A stretch of DNA of 64,000 nt, from the NCBI RefSeq assembly GCF_009834535.1, contig NC_045697.1:58344001-58408000 (forward strand). The letters are read 5' to 3'. This DNA comes from Camelus ferus. Taxonomy: Eukaryota. The position numbers and the translations under genes were made by a program. Below the pieces are notes generated by a model, which ran no database searches, had not been told where the DNA came from, and worked only from the letters and a program-made list of their open reading frames with translations. Positions 26,599-40,000 of the stretch are shown one piece after another; the first letter of the stretch is position 1, and each line of letters starts with the position of its first letter.

Positions 26599-26777
26599 CT
26601 GTATTTAATCAAAACTATGTTACCTTTGATTATAATGTGTCTCATTATTTTATGTTTCATGAAGAAAAAAAATATTCAGTTTTAATTGAAGGATCCCATT
26701 AACTGTAAGATGCTTCCAGGTTTCAGAGTTGTTAAAAATGTGAAAAAAAAATGCATCTTAAAATCAATGAAGTCTGG
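26599..26777 (-). mobile_element. Short non-autonomous Tigger12/14-like element
   Basis: Ends CTGTATTTAATC...GCATCTTAAAATCAATGAAGTCTGG with TA on both sides (26597-98, 26778-79). Both ends resemble the 10178-10909 element in opposite orientation. Confidence 0.7.
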
Positions 26778-28136
26778 TATTCCTTTTTTATTTTAGAAAT
26801 GAGAAATTGCTTTTACTTCAGATAAATCAATATATGAAATATTAGGTCTTAGAGTCTTTGCCATTTTTCTTTATTATTTTCCAAGAACTGAATTCACTTT
26901 TCTTCAGAAATTCATACACTTGTACCTAATTTTATTGTAGAGCTATTATTTTCAAAAGATTATTTTAACATGTCTGACCTTATCCTGCAAACTTCCGACC
27001 TCTTTCTTGCTTTAAATTCTATCTCCAGACCTGAGCCCACACTGTAGGAGGTAGTATAAAATGAAGCAGAGGCCAAGCATCCTGCAATTTCTCAAATAAT
27101 TCATATTCGTTCTCTGATTTCTTAGCTGTTGAATTCTACCTTCTGATATGTATTTCAGCAGGCTCTCTTCAGAATCTAGAGGTGTCTGCCAGACCGCTTC
27201 TACCTACTGTGATTTTTTGGTCCAGCTTCATGTTGATGTAAAGACCCACTTTATCCTTGATCCAAACCTTTGCTTCAAATCAGTCCTGGCACTATCCTTC
27301 TGATCCACCTTTGTCAGAGTTGTCAACAAAACCAACGTTAACTGTAGGGCAGGCAAGGTGTTCCATCTGGAACATGGTTTTGGGGCCTGATAGTTCTTTC
27401 TCCTCATTTCATCATAAAATATATCTCATATTATTATCTTCATTGACACAAACCAAAGGTCAAAAGTTCGTGATCCAAGAAAAAGCTGAAAAAGACTGAA
27501 AACATTAAAGTATTGAGAACACTAAGCCATATTGACTTGCTGCTAATGCCCAGAAAGAAACCAAAGGTGGGAACATTGACAGCAATCAGGTTTATTTATG
27601 GTTGGATATCTTTAATTTGCCAGATGTTCTGGGAACTCATTTAACTGATGAGATCTATCCAACCCATCAGATGTGTAAATAAAAAAAAAAAAATTATTTC
27701 AATCTGAGTATCCTTGAACAAAGGAAAGCAATTAATTAGTTAGATAATTACCTTTAAATGTAGTTTAGAAATTGAAAATAGTATACAAGTCTTGGGTACT
27801 AGCTTTTTGTAATGAATACCTTAATGAAGGCTAAGAGATTTTGACATAACAGAGCAAAATTAAAGATATAAAAACGTTTTCAAAGTATTAGCAATTAACC
27901 TGGACAACCAAACAGAGAAGAGACATATAACTTTCCACATTATCACATTTATCTAATAATAGAAATATACTAAGAATTTTAAATGTTAAAAGGTGTCAAT
28001 GCCAATACAGAATTTTTAGATATGTTAGATCACTGACTTACAATTTGTTTTTATATGTATGTGTATGCTTTTTAGTTTGCAAAATCACAGCACAATTTAT
28101 TAAATATACATACATACATATATACACACATATATA

Positions 28137-28798
28137 CAGCCTATCCTCATTATTCAGTAATTTCACATTTGTTTATTCATCTACTTGCTAAAATTTATTT
28201 GTAACCTCAAAATCAATACTCATGGCACTTTCACTGCCATTTGGAGATATTCTCAAGCACAGAGCAGAAAAACATTTCAGTTGCCGGCACTCACATTCCC
28301 TTCGGAAACTGAACAAGGCAACACTCTATTCTTGTTTTAGCTCTCATACTGCAAGCAAGTGTCATTTTCACAGTTTATTTAACACCAAACTTTTTTCTTT
28401 TTGCATTTTTGTGCTTTTTGTTGATGATTTTGATGTTTTTAAATACCCCCAAGCATAGTGCCAAAGTGCTATCTGGTGTTACTAAAGGCAAGAAGGTTGT
28501 GATGTTCCTTATGGAGAAATATGTGTGTCAGACAAGCTTCATGCAGGCATCAGTTACAGTGCTGTTGGCCACAGGTCCGAGGTTAATGAATCAACAATAT
28601 ATGTTAAATAGGGTGTCTTTACACATAAACACAAATAAAACAAAGTTACATGTTGATCAGCTGATGAAAATGTTGTAAGCAGAGGCTCACAGGAAATGAA
28701 CCCTGTGTTCTTCCCTAAATGCAATGCTTAGTGTTGTCTAACTCAGTGTTCAAGGAGAGTTTTAGAACATAACTACCATGAATAAAAATAATCAACTG
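28137..28798 (-). mobile_element. MER82 (Tigger-family) DNA transposon, near full length
   Basis: Imperfect TIRs CAGCCTATCCTCATTATTC and GAATAAAAATAATCAACTG. The minus strand begins CAGTTGAT...TATTCATGGTAGTTATGTTCTA like MER82. TA on the left. Confidence 0.85.
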
Positions 28799-28869
28799 TC
28801 TATATTAGAGAATGCCAGGTTTAGAGAACATTTGTTTGTCTTTTGTTTCCAGTTATTCAAAGTTTCTTA

Positions 28870-29337
28870 TTTGGTGGAAGGGATTGTTCCATTGTTGGAG
28901 TCTCAGTTGGAATGTAAATTGGTTAGCTGAAGGGCCCAAATTCTGTCTCTCCTTGACCTTGGCAGTCAGGGACCGGGCACCCGACCTAGTACCAGTCAAC
29001 TTAATGCTGCTACCTAGGACACTGAATATTAGGATGGTCGTGAAAACTTGTGGTGTGAAAACAAAGGCATGGTTTTAATATATTCCTGGGGGAGCAAATT
29101 TCAGCTGCAGCCATGTTTTGTCACAGAGACCCAGTCAGGCAACTTTGCAATGTGATCAAAGCTGGAAATCTTGATACTGATGCTTCCTTGTTTCCTGTTC
29201 ATTCTCTGAGCCTGATTCTCCAGTTGTCCCATTAAGTCTGTGAGTGATGGCCTGATACAATTCCAAGAAGCTTCTTTTCTGATAAGTTAGCCAGGTATTG
29301 TTTTGTGGCTTGCAACCCACAATCCAAACTGATGTAA
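28870..29337 (+). mobile_element. Old ERVL-class LTR (LTR16/LTR33-like)
   Basis: 3' end TAAGTTAGCCAGG...GTGGCTTGCAACCC...AACTGATGTA is typical of this class. Confidence 0.55.
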
Positions 29338-30829
29338 CCACTATATGCCAACTGTCAAATTATGTTAAAAATCTATATAAATTTGGGATTATTTTAGAAA
29401 ATAGAAAACATACATGAAGTAAATATATTTTCCTTAAAGGGTTTATCATCTATGTCTAGCTTTACCTAATATTTAATCTAAATTATAGTAGAGAGAAACA
29501 GAATTTTTTAAAAGGTGTTTAAGATATTTTAAAAGGTTAATTTGTACTCAATAAAACTATTAAAATATATGTTAAAGACTTAAAGATAACTAAAACTGGG
29601 ACCTAGACTTTCAATCATTTCACTGATAAATTAATCTGAATATTCACTTCCTTAGACAGACCTTTCAAGATTTTTTTTACCTTTTTACAATCTTTCTGAA
29701 CTTTAGGGTGTGACATTTTCTCCAGCAAAAATATTTTGTAATTATAAAGCATAATTGAACTGCCTTTCAACTCCATCAAAACATGTAAAACTGTATCTAA
29801 CAAGGAATTAAAAGTTAAGAAAGCCAAGCAACCCTTCTTTAGATATTTCTTACAAATATAAGTTTAAGAAACTGGACAAATTCTGCATATTGTTTAGACA
29901 CAGATAATTCAGTACCTCTAGGGTTATTTTCCTGGCATATAGGCATGAAATCATTTGCTTACATTCTCTTCCCTATTGACTTCACGATAAGTATCTGAAA
30001 CCACCAAAAACATGCAGGCTTTAGTTCTTCCATCTATTTTACAAACTACTTGGTCCCATGGTGCTTTGGTTTTGTTTTGTTTATTTCATTTTCACATTGC
30101 AGAAGTGTTGAATAATGAAACTGTTTTCACAGATTATATTTCCCCAAAATTGTTTAGACATACTTGCAATTTCTCTCACTTCTTAAAAAAGACAGTTTCT
30201 GGTCCCACATGTTGAAGTGCTGAAGGCCCCGGGGGAACAAAAATAAAAATTTTTGTTACTCCTAGATTAAGCCTATCACTGAGAGCAGTTAGAAACACTC
30301 CTCACATACTAGAAATATAATTGTCAAGTTCTAGAAAGAACAGTCATCAACCCCACCTGAGAAGCACAGCTGACACAGACCAAAAAGAGCCTCGGGGGTG
30401 CTGAAAGTCTTGGCAGCTCCTAAACTCAACATCCCTGGGTGTTTGTAAACCAGGTGAGCAACACCAGGCCATCACAGAAATATGTTTGCATGTCATTTAT
30501 TCAAATACAATCTGTTAAAGTTAAAAAGGAAATACACCAACCATAACACAGTGACTAACCAAATTGACATGAGTCTTCCTCGTGCAACCTGTAGAAGATG
30601 GAAGAGCCAGGTGGCCAAGAAACTGTTCTGCATCCCATGATCTACACTGTCCAGGAAAGAGCCCCTTTCACTTGAGGTAGATTTTTTTAAGAAATCTTTT
30701 TTCTGAAAATAGATTAGCACTCAGTTTTATGTAGTAGGATATTAGAATTCTTTTTCCAAATCTTTTCAAGCATATCTTAAGACAATTTAACAAATATTAT
30801 TAATAATTCTACATATTGGTAACAAATAT

Positions 30830-31690
30830 TGTTGTTAATATTGTTAAAATATCCATGCTACTCAAAAGCATCTATAGATTCAGTGAAATTCCTGTCAAAA
30901 TTCTAATGGCAGTTTTCACAGTAATAGAAAATACAACCCTAAAATTTTTGTGGAACCACAGAAGACCCAAAATAGCCAAAGCAATCCTGAGAAAGAACAA
31001 AGCTGGAAACATCACACTTCCTAATTTCAAACTATACTGGAATGCTACAGTAATCAAAACAGTATGGAACTGGCATAAAAATAGATTCATAGACAATGGA
31101 ACAAATTCATGAGCACAGAAATAGACCTTCACATATACAGTCAACTAATATTTGAAAAGGAGTCAAGAATAATCAGTGAGGAAAGGATAATCTCTTCAAT
31201 AAATGGTGTTGAGAAAACTGGATAGTCTCATGAAATGAAATCAAACCTCTGCTTACACCATGCACAAAAATTAACTCAATATTGATTAAAGATTTAAACA
31301 TTACACTGGAAAGCAGAAGAAAGCATAGGGGAGAAGCTCCTTGATTTTGGTCTTGGAGACAAGTTTTTGAATCTGACACAAAAGGCACAAGCAACAAAAG
31401 CAAAAATAATTGAGACTACATCAAACTAAAAAACTTCTGCACAGCAAATGAGACAACCAACAAAATTAAAAGGCTTATTGTTATATTATTGTTATTTATG
31501 TAACAGAAGAAAATATTTGCAAATCATACATCTGATAAAGGGCTAACATCCAAAATATATATGGAACTTATACAACTCAACAGCAAAAAACAATCTGATT
31601 TTAAAATGGGCATAGGATCTGAATAGACATTTCTCCAAAAAAGACATCCAAATGGTGAGCATGTAAATGAAAAGATGCTCAACATTACTA
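30830..31690 (+). mobile_element. Older L1 ORF2 fragment (post-RT region), internally deleted
   Basis: ORF 30816-31112 [22 protein letters not shown]...[49 protein letters not shown] matches L1 ORF2; stops and frameshifts follow. Confidence 0.93.
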
Positions 31691-31734
31691 TTGGTTTGAA
31701 TGTAGGGTGGGAACTATAGAGAGACATCAATGAT

Positions 31735-32213
31735 ACTTCACAGTTTTTGGCTGAGCAGCTAGAATAATGGAACTGACTTTTACTAGGAGGGACAATTATA
31801 GATGAGAAAAGTAAGTTTAAGAAGAGAAATCAGGAACATGGTTTTTGATGTATTCATTTGCGAATCTAAGTGGAGATGTCTATGCATGTGTACATGCCTG
31901 TATTTCATGGAAACAGGTCAGGCTGGAGATACCAATTTAGAGTCATCGCGATATCAAATGTTATTTGAGGCCATCCGTGTATGTGATTTCATGAGATCAC
32001 TGTAAGCAAGTAGATAGGCTGACAGGATACAAGCTTCAAGACTGAGCCCTGAGCACTTTAACTCGTAGACATTAGGAAGAATGAAATCAACAGAGCAGGC
32101 TCAGGAGGAACAGCTCGTAAGGTAGAGGAGAACCAAGAGAGCATTCTATCCTGGAAGTCAGGAGAAGAAAGTGTTTTATGGAGAAGGGAATAATCAAATG
32201 TTTTAAATGCTGC
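31735..32213 (-). mobile_element. L2 LINE fragment, interrupted by the LTR at 32214
   Basis: TTTTTGGCTGAGCAGCT...GGCTGGAGATA...ACTGAGCCCTGAG...GGAGAACCAAGAGAG...AAATGCTGCTGA. Resumes after 32743. Confidence 0.75.
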
Positions 32214-32739
32214 TGATGGGGTTCAGGACATGCTACCCTAAAATATGTCACCTTGGCATATTGAATATTTTAAGCTGAAGGAGCTTAAGAAAATGGCAGA
32301 ATCAGGAAGGTCACTCTGACCTCCACCTGCCACCCTTGCCCTTCTTTCCTGAAACAGTCCATGAAATCCCTACGTGAGAGGTGCCCTCCCTACACCTGGA
32401 GGAAAGGAATATCTTCACCTCCAAAGATAAAGGATGCCAAGAAGAATCTGCACAAATAGGTCTTGTTAAGTTTCCCCAGTTTGTTATACTTACCTCATAC
32501 TCTCTGAGTATGTCTATAGTATGTCTACACCCCTGGGCATCCTTCATCAAATCTACCTAGCATTAAAATACTCAGGTGTGTTTCTCTGGGTCTTCATTTC
32601 CTTAATGAAGGCTCCCATGTTACATAAAATTTATATTAATTTGTATATTTTTCTTCTGCTCATTGTTTTTTGTCAGTTTAACTTCCAGGCCCAGCCAGGT
32701 ACCAGAAGAGGACTAGGGAACATTTTTTCCACCCCTGCA
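32214..32739 (+). mobile_element. ERV1 solo LTR (MER34/MER39-group-like) with 4-bp TSD
   Basis: TGATGGGGTTCAGGACATGCTACCCTAAAATATG...CCCCTGCA; TSD CTGC at 32210-32213 and 32740-32743. Confidence 0.9.
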
Positions 32740-35700
32740 CTGCTGATGGGTAAAGTCTGCATCTGACCACAGGGAAGTTACTAATATTATTCAAAACTGC
32801 CTGGTGCACAAAATGCTAGAGGGCAACTTCTCTCTGGAGACTATGTAGTGACTTCTAGGGAAGGGTTATCTCATACGAAGGAAGAAGCCAGGAGCCCCTC
32901 CTTTCCTGAGATCATGAAGCAAGATGTTCCTTTCCATCCATAGTGAAGGAAGCATGGCAATAAAAGGATCTGTTTGTCTATTCTTTAATTCTTCTCACAT
33001 CCAAACATGGACAACTAACTTTACCATGCAAAGCAAGTCCTGCTCCAGGTGCACCTTCAGAGAGCTAGCCAAATTCCAGCATCTGTGAAAAGCTGAAATG
33101 GCACAGAGATGGGATGAAATGGCAGTGGAGGTAATCAAGGGCATGCCTCCTGAATCATGGGCATACATCGCAGGTAGAGTGGAGGAGCGGCATGATTTCC
33201 GAATTGATTAAGTAAACAAATTATAATCACTCAAGGTGCTTCCTGATTTATATAGGCTTTTTAAATTTAGAAATCCTTCAGTGCTACCTGTTGAAGGAGA
33301 TACCTCTCCCACAAAGTTTTTAATTCCCTGATGGTAGGTTTCATTCCCATGTATATCCCTAGGGTTTAGCATCATGCATGGCCAACAGGTGGGTGCTCCC
33401 TAAATGTGTTACCAAAACCCAGCCTCAGTTAGTATGCAAATAGTTGTCACGACCTCAGCGTCCCTAGCTTGAACCCTCACTCTGACCCCTTGTGGTTCAT
33501 TCTTGGTTTGGGCTCCAGACTACCTCTTAATATTTATGGGATCTTAGGTAGCTTGTATTGGACCATATCTCCATGACATACTTCCTGTTGCTGTGGGATT
33601 CCTGATATGTGTCATTTAGATCAACTGGCCCCCAGACACTGTGTCCATATTATAATACCACTAAGGAGGTAGGGGAAGGTGTATTTATAACCATTTGATG
33701 CTAGAAAGTTGAGGAAAAATCTTGTTCAGTATCGTATTAAAAAGCAGCATAGATTGCATTCTTTTTTCTTTGTTTTCTCAGGTTGGTGCCATTTGTTTCC
33801 AATTCAAAGGATAGGAGAGTAATGCTTTCCATAAGATTATAAGAGGCCATGGTAAGAATAACTCTGAAGCTAACAGCTTAAATTTTAGGGTCCTCATTAG
33901 ACCACACCCCTTCCAGAACCCTGGGAAGGGTCCCTGTAGTTCTGTTTTTAATTTTGTACATCATTTCTTTAAAAATTTTAGAAACTTCAGATACCACAAA
34001 ATCTGTATCTGCCCTGCCTAAAAGTCTTCCATTTGACAGACAAGGAATAAAGCAAACCTAGTCACACAGCACTAAGTGCCATTAATTAGTATTTGTTGAA
34101 TAAATCAGTCCTCATAATAGAAAGGCACTTGCTTAAAAATATAATTTTTACTTTGTTGAATATGGAAAATAATCTCTTTGGAAGAGTAGTAAGAGGATAA
34201 AATTTATTATGATCAAAACAAAAAACAAAACTATAGGTTTACATAACTTTCTAAACATTTTCAAATTTCTTTCAGGACTATTGTCTCATTTTTACATTTA
34301 GTTCCCTTTGAATAGGAGCTATATTCTTTACATATGTAGTAACAATATATAGGCTTTATGTTTTGGTACATTAGCCTTCAATTAGGAAGATAATTTAAAT
34401 CAGCATTACTTCATGCGATCTTAATGTTAGATTTTGTTTATCTCTAAGGCTAATCAAATAACATCTATGAATACTTATATGCTTTTCCATGTGCCTGTAA
34501 AGTATAGTAACTCATTTTATGAGGTAACTTTCATGTCGAGGCAATAGATTATATGAAACCTGCATCTATCTGCTCTGTCTGTAGTGACTTGTCAGTCTTT
34601 GCCATGCTCACCAATTCTTCCCTGACCATCTGGCAATTTAAAAGTGGTCACTGGGACTAAGACAGAGCTTTGCTAAATATTTTCAGTTTGTTTAAGGAGG
34701 ATAAACTAAAATGAGTTTTAGAAAAAAGTGTTTGTGGTTTTTGTGTGTGTAAATTCAATCTCTTTGCCTCCACATTCTCTCAAACCCAAAATAAACAAGT
34801 AGAATTCACCTTCATTCTGGCTCTTTTTGCAAATGTCGTCTGTCCCTGCATCTGTTTGTCTTTCTCAATTCCACAGTTGTTAAGTGAAGTAGGATTGCAA
34901 GCTCAGACTGAGGAAAATCTAATTCTTGTTGTGTGTGAAGTGGCGGTCCAGGGAAGTAAACATCCCATCCACATAGGGAATTAAATGTCTATAAAGCTTG
35001 TGCATGATGGGGGTCCCTTTTCTTCAGTTATATTTCATCACTTCATCTGTTGACTGGAGCATATTGATTCTCATGCATTTATGTTCTTGCAGAGATGAGA
35101 GCATTAGACTGAAAAGGACGAAATTTAAAACTACTTGCATGCATAAAGTATAATAAAGCCACGCTCTCCCACTTTCTTTCTCTCACCTCACTATTTTTTT
35201 TTCTGAAGCTTAAGACTAGCAATAGGAAGAAAATGTTATTAATAGGAAACACAGCACATGCATGGGCTACCTCTTTGTCTTTGCTTTTGAGACAGAAGCA
35301 AGAAATAAGTTTCCTGTTAGTCCCTGTAGACCACACTGCTGAATAGTGCCCAAATATTCTATATAATATTACAGAGTTTCTGGCTTTCAGTTCCACCTTC
35401 TTTTTGACTATAAACTGAATTTTTCTTGGTTATTATTCAAATTGCAAAAATATTCACATTATTATTATTTCATATGGTAAACAGAAAATTCAAAACAAAA
35501 AATTTCACCCATCAAGTGTGTTAGTGACCATCCTCATTTTCATAGATACCTGTGTATTGCAAATGACATCTGTAAATCTCTGATCTCTCTGGCTCTTTCT
35601 CTTACTATGTGTCTCTGCTGCTCTCCTGCTTTCTGTGAAATCACATAGAAATTTTAGTTTAGCAAACTAAATTTGCTCGAAGCAGCAAAAAAGATATTGG

Positions 35701-36810
35701 TAGAGATGGGCATATAAGATGTGTCATCTAAGCTACGAAATCTAATAAATAATATCAAAACTCAGTAGGGGAAAAGATTTGAGTCAGCGATCCTCACAAT
35801 TTACACCACATTACCCACCAGGCCTAGTGCTTGGCATGGTATTTACGAAGTCATCGTGATTCCATAGGAAAGAATCAAAAGAAAACCCCACCAAACAGCC
35901 AATCTAAATCGTTGAAATCGAATTTGTGGTAATCACCTATTAAGTTGTGCTGAGAGCAGTTTTTCCATGTTGTTTGTAAATAAATTAAAAAAAGAAAAAG
36001 AATGTGAAACGAAGGTAATTTTGTCACACAATAAGGGATTGCATTTTAGAGCAAAAGTAGGTCTCTGCAGGGCCATCAGACAGTTTCCTGGAGTGGAATA
36101 ATTAAGTTTGAGATGGCTGGAGGAGACTGTGATGGTATTTTAGTTTATAGTCTCAAAGCCAAGGGGACCCATTAAAATGAAATAAGTGAAATTGGGCTAG
36201 TTCCTTGTAGGCCAAGTACCTGAGTGACATCATCATCATCAAGGTAACGTACTTAAATAATCCCAGGCTACACTGAACAATACTGAACTCTCAGACAGCC
36301 TTTCTGCCATACAGGGCTGAAATAGTACTCTAAGGAAAGAGACCTGACAGAAAACGAGCCACTAAAGGAGGAACAATTAATTAAAGTGTCATTTGGGAGT
36401 TCAGAGAGCCTGATAAACAGTCATGAGAAAATCACTAAAATCTGATATTGAATGATTTAGGTGAACTCATTTAGAAGGCAGTTTCACATTATGACTTTCA
36501 GACAGTCTGTCTCGAAAAATCAGAGTTTTCTCATCTCCAGTGAGTGACATGGGAAACATAATGGTGTGGAGTCATGAATATTGACGCCGGATGAAACACT
36601 CTCAGTAACAGAAGTGGTACCCAAATTCTTCTGAGAATCACTAAGTTTCTAAATGGACTATATCATAACCTGAAACAGGATAGCACACACATCAAGGATT
36701 AAGCACACATGACTTAATTTCTTTAATAGTGGAAATGATGGAGACTAAAATGTGTCCCTTGAAAGCTAAGTACTATTTGACTCTACCCATCTAGTCATCT
36801 ATGGTACTGT

Positions 36811-36832
36811 AAAAAAAAAAAAAAAAAAAAAA
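36811..36832. repeat. Poly(A)22
   Basis: Read directly. Confidence 0.95.
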
Positions 36833-37029
36833 GTATGTTGCATAAGAAAAGAGTCAGTTTTCAATACGAGTACTAATTGCCTGGATTCCATTTAAGTAGT
36901 GTAACTAGTATGATGAACAAACAGAACTTGAGACCTGAATAAAACACAACTTTCTTCCACTCGCCCACCATCCCTTTAAACATACTACCTTCCTGTAGCC
37001 CTGAATGGAAGCTCAGGTAGGTCCCAAGG

Positions 37030-37030
<1 letters not shown>

Positions 37031-37063
<33 letters not shown>
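37031..37063. repeat. Poly(T)33
   Basis: Read directly. Confidence 0.95.
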
Positions 37064-37065
<2 letters not shown>

Positions 37066-40000
37066 ACATTCCTAGGGAATAGATCATAATACAATCACTT
37101 TAATTTGCAAATAATATTTCATTTCAGTAATTAGAATATCTTCTATAAGACCTTCAAACACTCCAATCTTGTTGTTTGAAATCTCTCTTCCCCCCAGTTA
37201 AAAGCTCAAGGAGGGGGATGAGTGTGCTGCCTGGTACTTCTCTCCATTAGCTTCTCTTCCTATGCTTGCAAGCTGCCGTTTCGGCTTGACTTCTTACCAG
37301 ATTTACCTGACCAGGTGGCTTTGTGCTATCTGGGCAGAGTAGATGGGTAAACATCTGGGTGCCTTCAGTGTGCCTAGCAGATATCAAAGGTGACTATTTC
37401 TCTCTTGATCTTGATTTTATGATTTTCAAAATGATTCTATGCTCCTTCACCTTACCTGAAATGCCCTTGTCCTAGGTTGATCTGTCTCTGCTACACATGG
37501 ACCCTTCTGACCCTGCCCTAGTCTCAGGGCACCCAGAGTACACTTCAGCCCTCATGGATTCCTCCCAAGATCCCTAATGGAAAGCCCCTCCCCACAAGTC
37601 ATCATAGCACAGTCCACACCTGGTTCACCAGAAACAATCACACCTCTTTTTCTTTGACAGTCTTAAAGATGGTGAGCCTACCCCAATGCAGCCACCAAAG
37701 CTGTTCCACAGTGCTTCTCTCTTCCTCTGGATTTCCTGTACAGGAAAGATTTCAGAACTCATTCTCCTTTTCCTTGCTTTGTTTGGGTCAGGCACAAGTA
37801 ATCAAAGTTTCCTGAATCTTTCAAAGATTTCCAACTGTGAGCCTAGATGCTCACCCTCTTCAGGCTTGGGGTTGGAAAGTAACTCCCCTCCTAATGCCTC
37901 TCCCTCAAAACAGCCAAGCAGGGCAACAGCTCTCTCCAGAGGAATATCTTTACTAATCCCTTCCATAAAATCCTCTCTGCACACGTGATCCTCCTGTGTA
38001 GTCCCTAAGTATGTGAGGGTGTTCCAGAAATAAAAGAGTAGATTCTTAATCAGTTTCTTTTAAATCTCCAAGGGTAGATTTGTCTCACACTCAATTTGGT
38101 ATCTGATGTCATTCAAATAAAGTCCAGGTTGTAACCCAGGCAGGAAGAATCCAGTCCTACTCCACAGTCTAGAGTCATATAAATGTCATGTTATCTTTGA
38201 CTACAGATAAGCTAATTAAGCTTACCAAATTAACTCACTAGAATGCACAAATGAAATGTACAGCTTTCAGGAATGTCACTTGGATGAAATTGAATGGCTT
38301 TAAAAATGAAGTGGAACTAGTCTTTATTTGAGCAGAGCCTGTCAAAGCCAACAGTGTTAGTGGATTTCATGACCAAAACAAGGTATTGCCTCTATCAGTT
38401 AAAGGGTAGGATAATTCATTTATTCAGTGAAATATTTAAAGTAGAGGAGGAAACCAAATCTTTTCTTATAGAATTAGCTAGAGGCAGACAGCTGAGGTTT
38501 CAGGCAATCTGAAGGTTTAGAGGGTCAGAGATCATCATATTTTAGAATCTGGAGGGCCAAATCCCTCCCCTCAAAAATCACAAACACATACAGACACATA
38601 TACACACACACGCAGAAAAAATGCTTAAAACATTGCATACAAGTTTCGGCTCTAAACTTTAGGGTTAGCACCTCTCAGTGACATGACAGTTGTAAGTTTC
38701 TTCAAGCTAGGCTGCTACCTTGAGGGGCAATTTGTGTGTTCTAGAACACTGTGGTTACATCCTCTGCCAAACAACCTTCTGTTAGTAGATCCCCTCAATA
38801 ATCATAGTCCAGATCAGAAACAGTTATGAACAATACAAAGGTATTTCTTCTGGATTGTTCTCCTGCTCATATGTAGTATCAACCTGGGCTTTATTTCAGT
38901 CTCCAAATTTAGACATTTATATCACAGATACATAACTTTATGAAGGAAATGAAAATCAAAATAACAAAATTACAAAACAGGGAGAAAGAAGATACAGAAA
39001 TGCCTATCCTAAAAGTCACCTTAATTTTGTTGCCCAACTCAGTAAATGTAACAAAATAAAGAATATGTAAATTTTTTAAATGCAAATTAACTATTTTCTA
39101 TCATCGCAGAATAATGGGGGAAAATAACAGGTATAAACCCTGTCCCACACTTTCTATCCCTAGCAACATCTACACGTCCTTTGACTGTATCAAGTGCTCA
39201 CCCTATGTTTCTAGAATAAGCAGACTTTAAGTTTAAAAGTTGTAGTAGAATCTACTCTCACTCTCTTTATTTTTCAGTTGTAATTAAAGGGACTTAAAGA
39301 TGCAAAAAGTGAGATTCCTTTATAGACCAAAGGGAGTAAAAAACAGATAGTGGAATGATCAGATAAGTGGCTTCCTGCAATTTTATGCCACATTTATGGT
39401 TTCTTTGGGAAATTTCTGTGACAAGTGAAAATTATCTTGCCTAATGAGAATTTTCTCTGTAACATATGTACATGTATATATGATGATATTTGACCTCATT
39501 CTATTAAAAATCTATTGCTATCTCATTAATATTTTCACCTTTTTCAGTGTGTGCCGACTAATTAAAAATTCAACTAGAAAGATAAAACATTTGAAAATTA
39601 AATGATCCATTCTCTTTACAGTGTTGAAGATGCTTTGCCATTTAACATTGAGTTTAGCCAACTTAATAGCTTGAATTTTAAAACATCCTCAGGCTCATAA
39701 ATAATTTAATCATGACAAAAAATGACTTTGGAAATATCCAAAAATAACTGTAGGCAATATTTAGGGTGCTGTACTTCTCTCATATTAAATCTAGAGCTGA
39801 AAACATCTATTTAGGGAACCAACAAATGAATAATGTCTTCAGAAGTCACTGTTTTGTTGATGTTTTTACTGTGTTACATTTAATACCAGGCTTTTTTAAA
39901 CCTGAAATTTTTGAACTCCAGAATTTTGATGACCTTTAGGATTTTATTGATCTCGAGAAGTAGGTATATATCAGTGCTATCAAACCAACTTTCCATTTTT

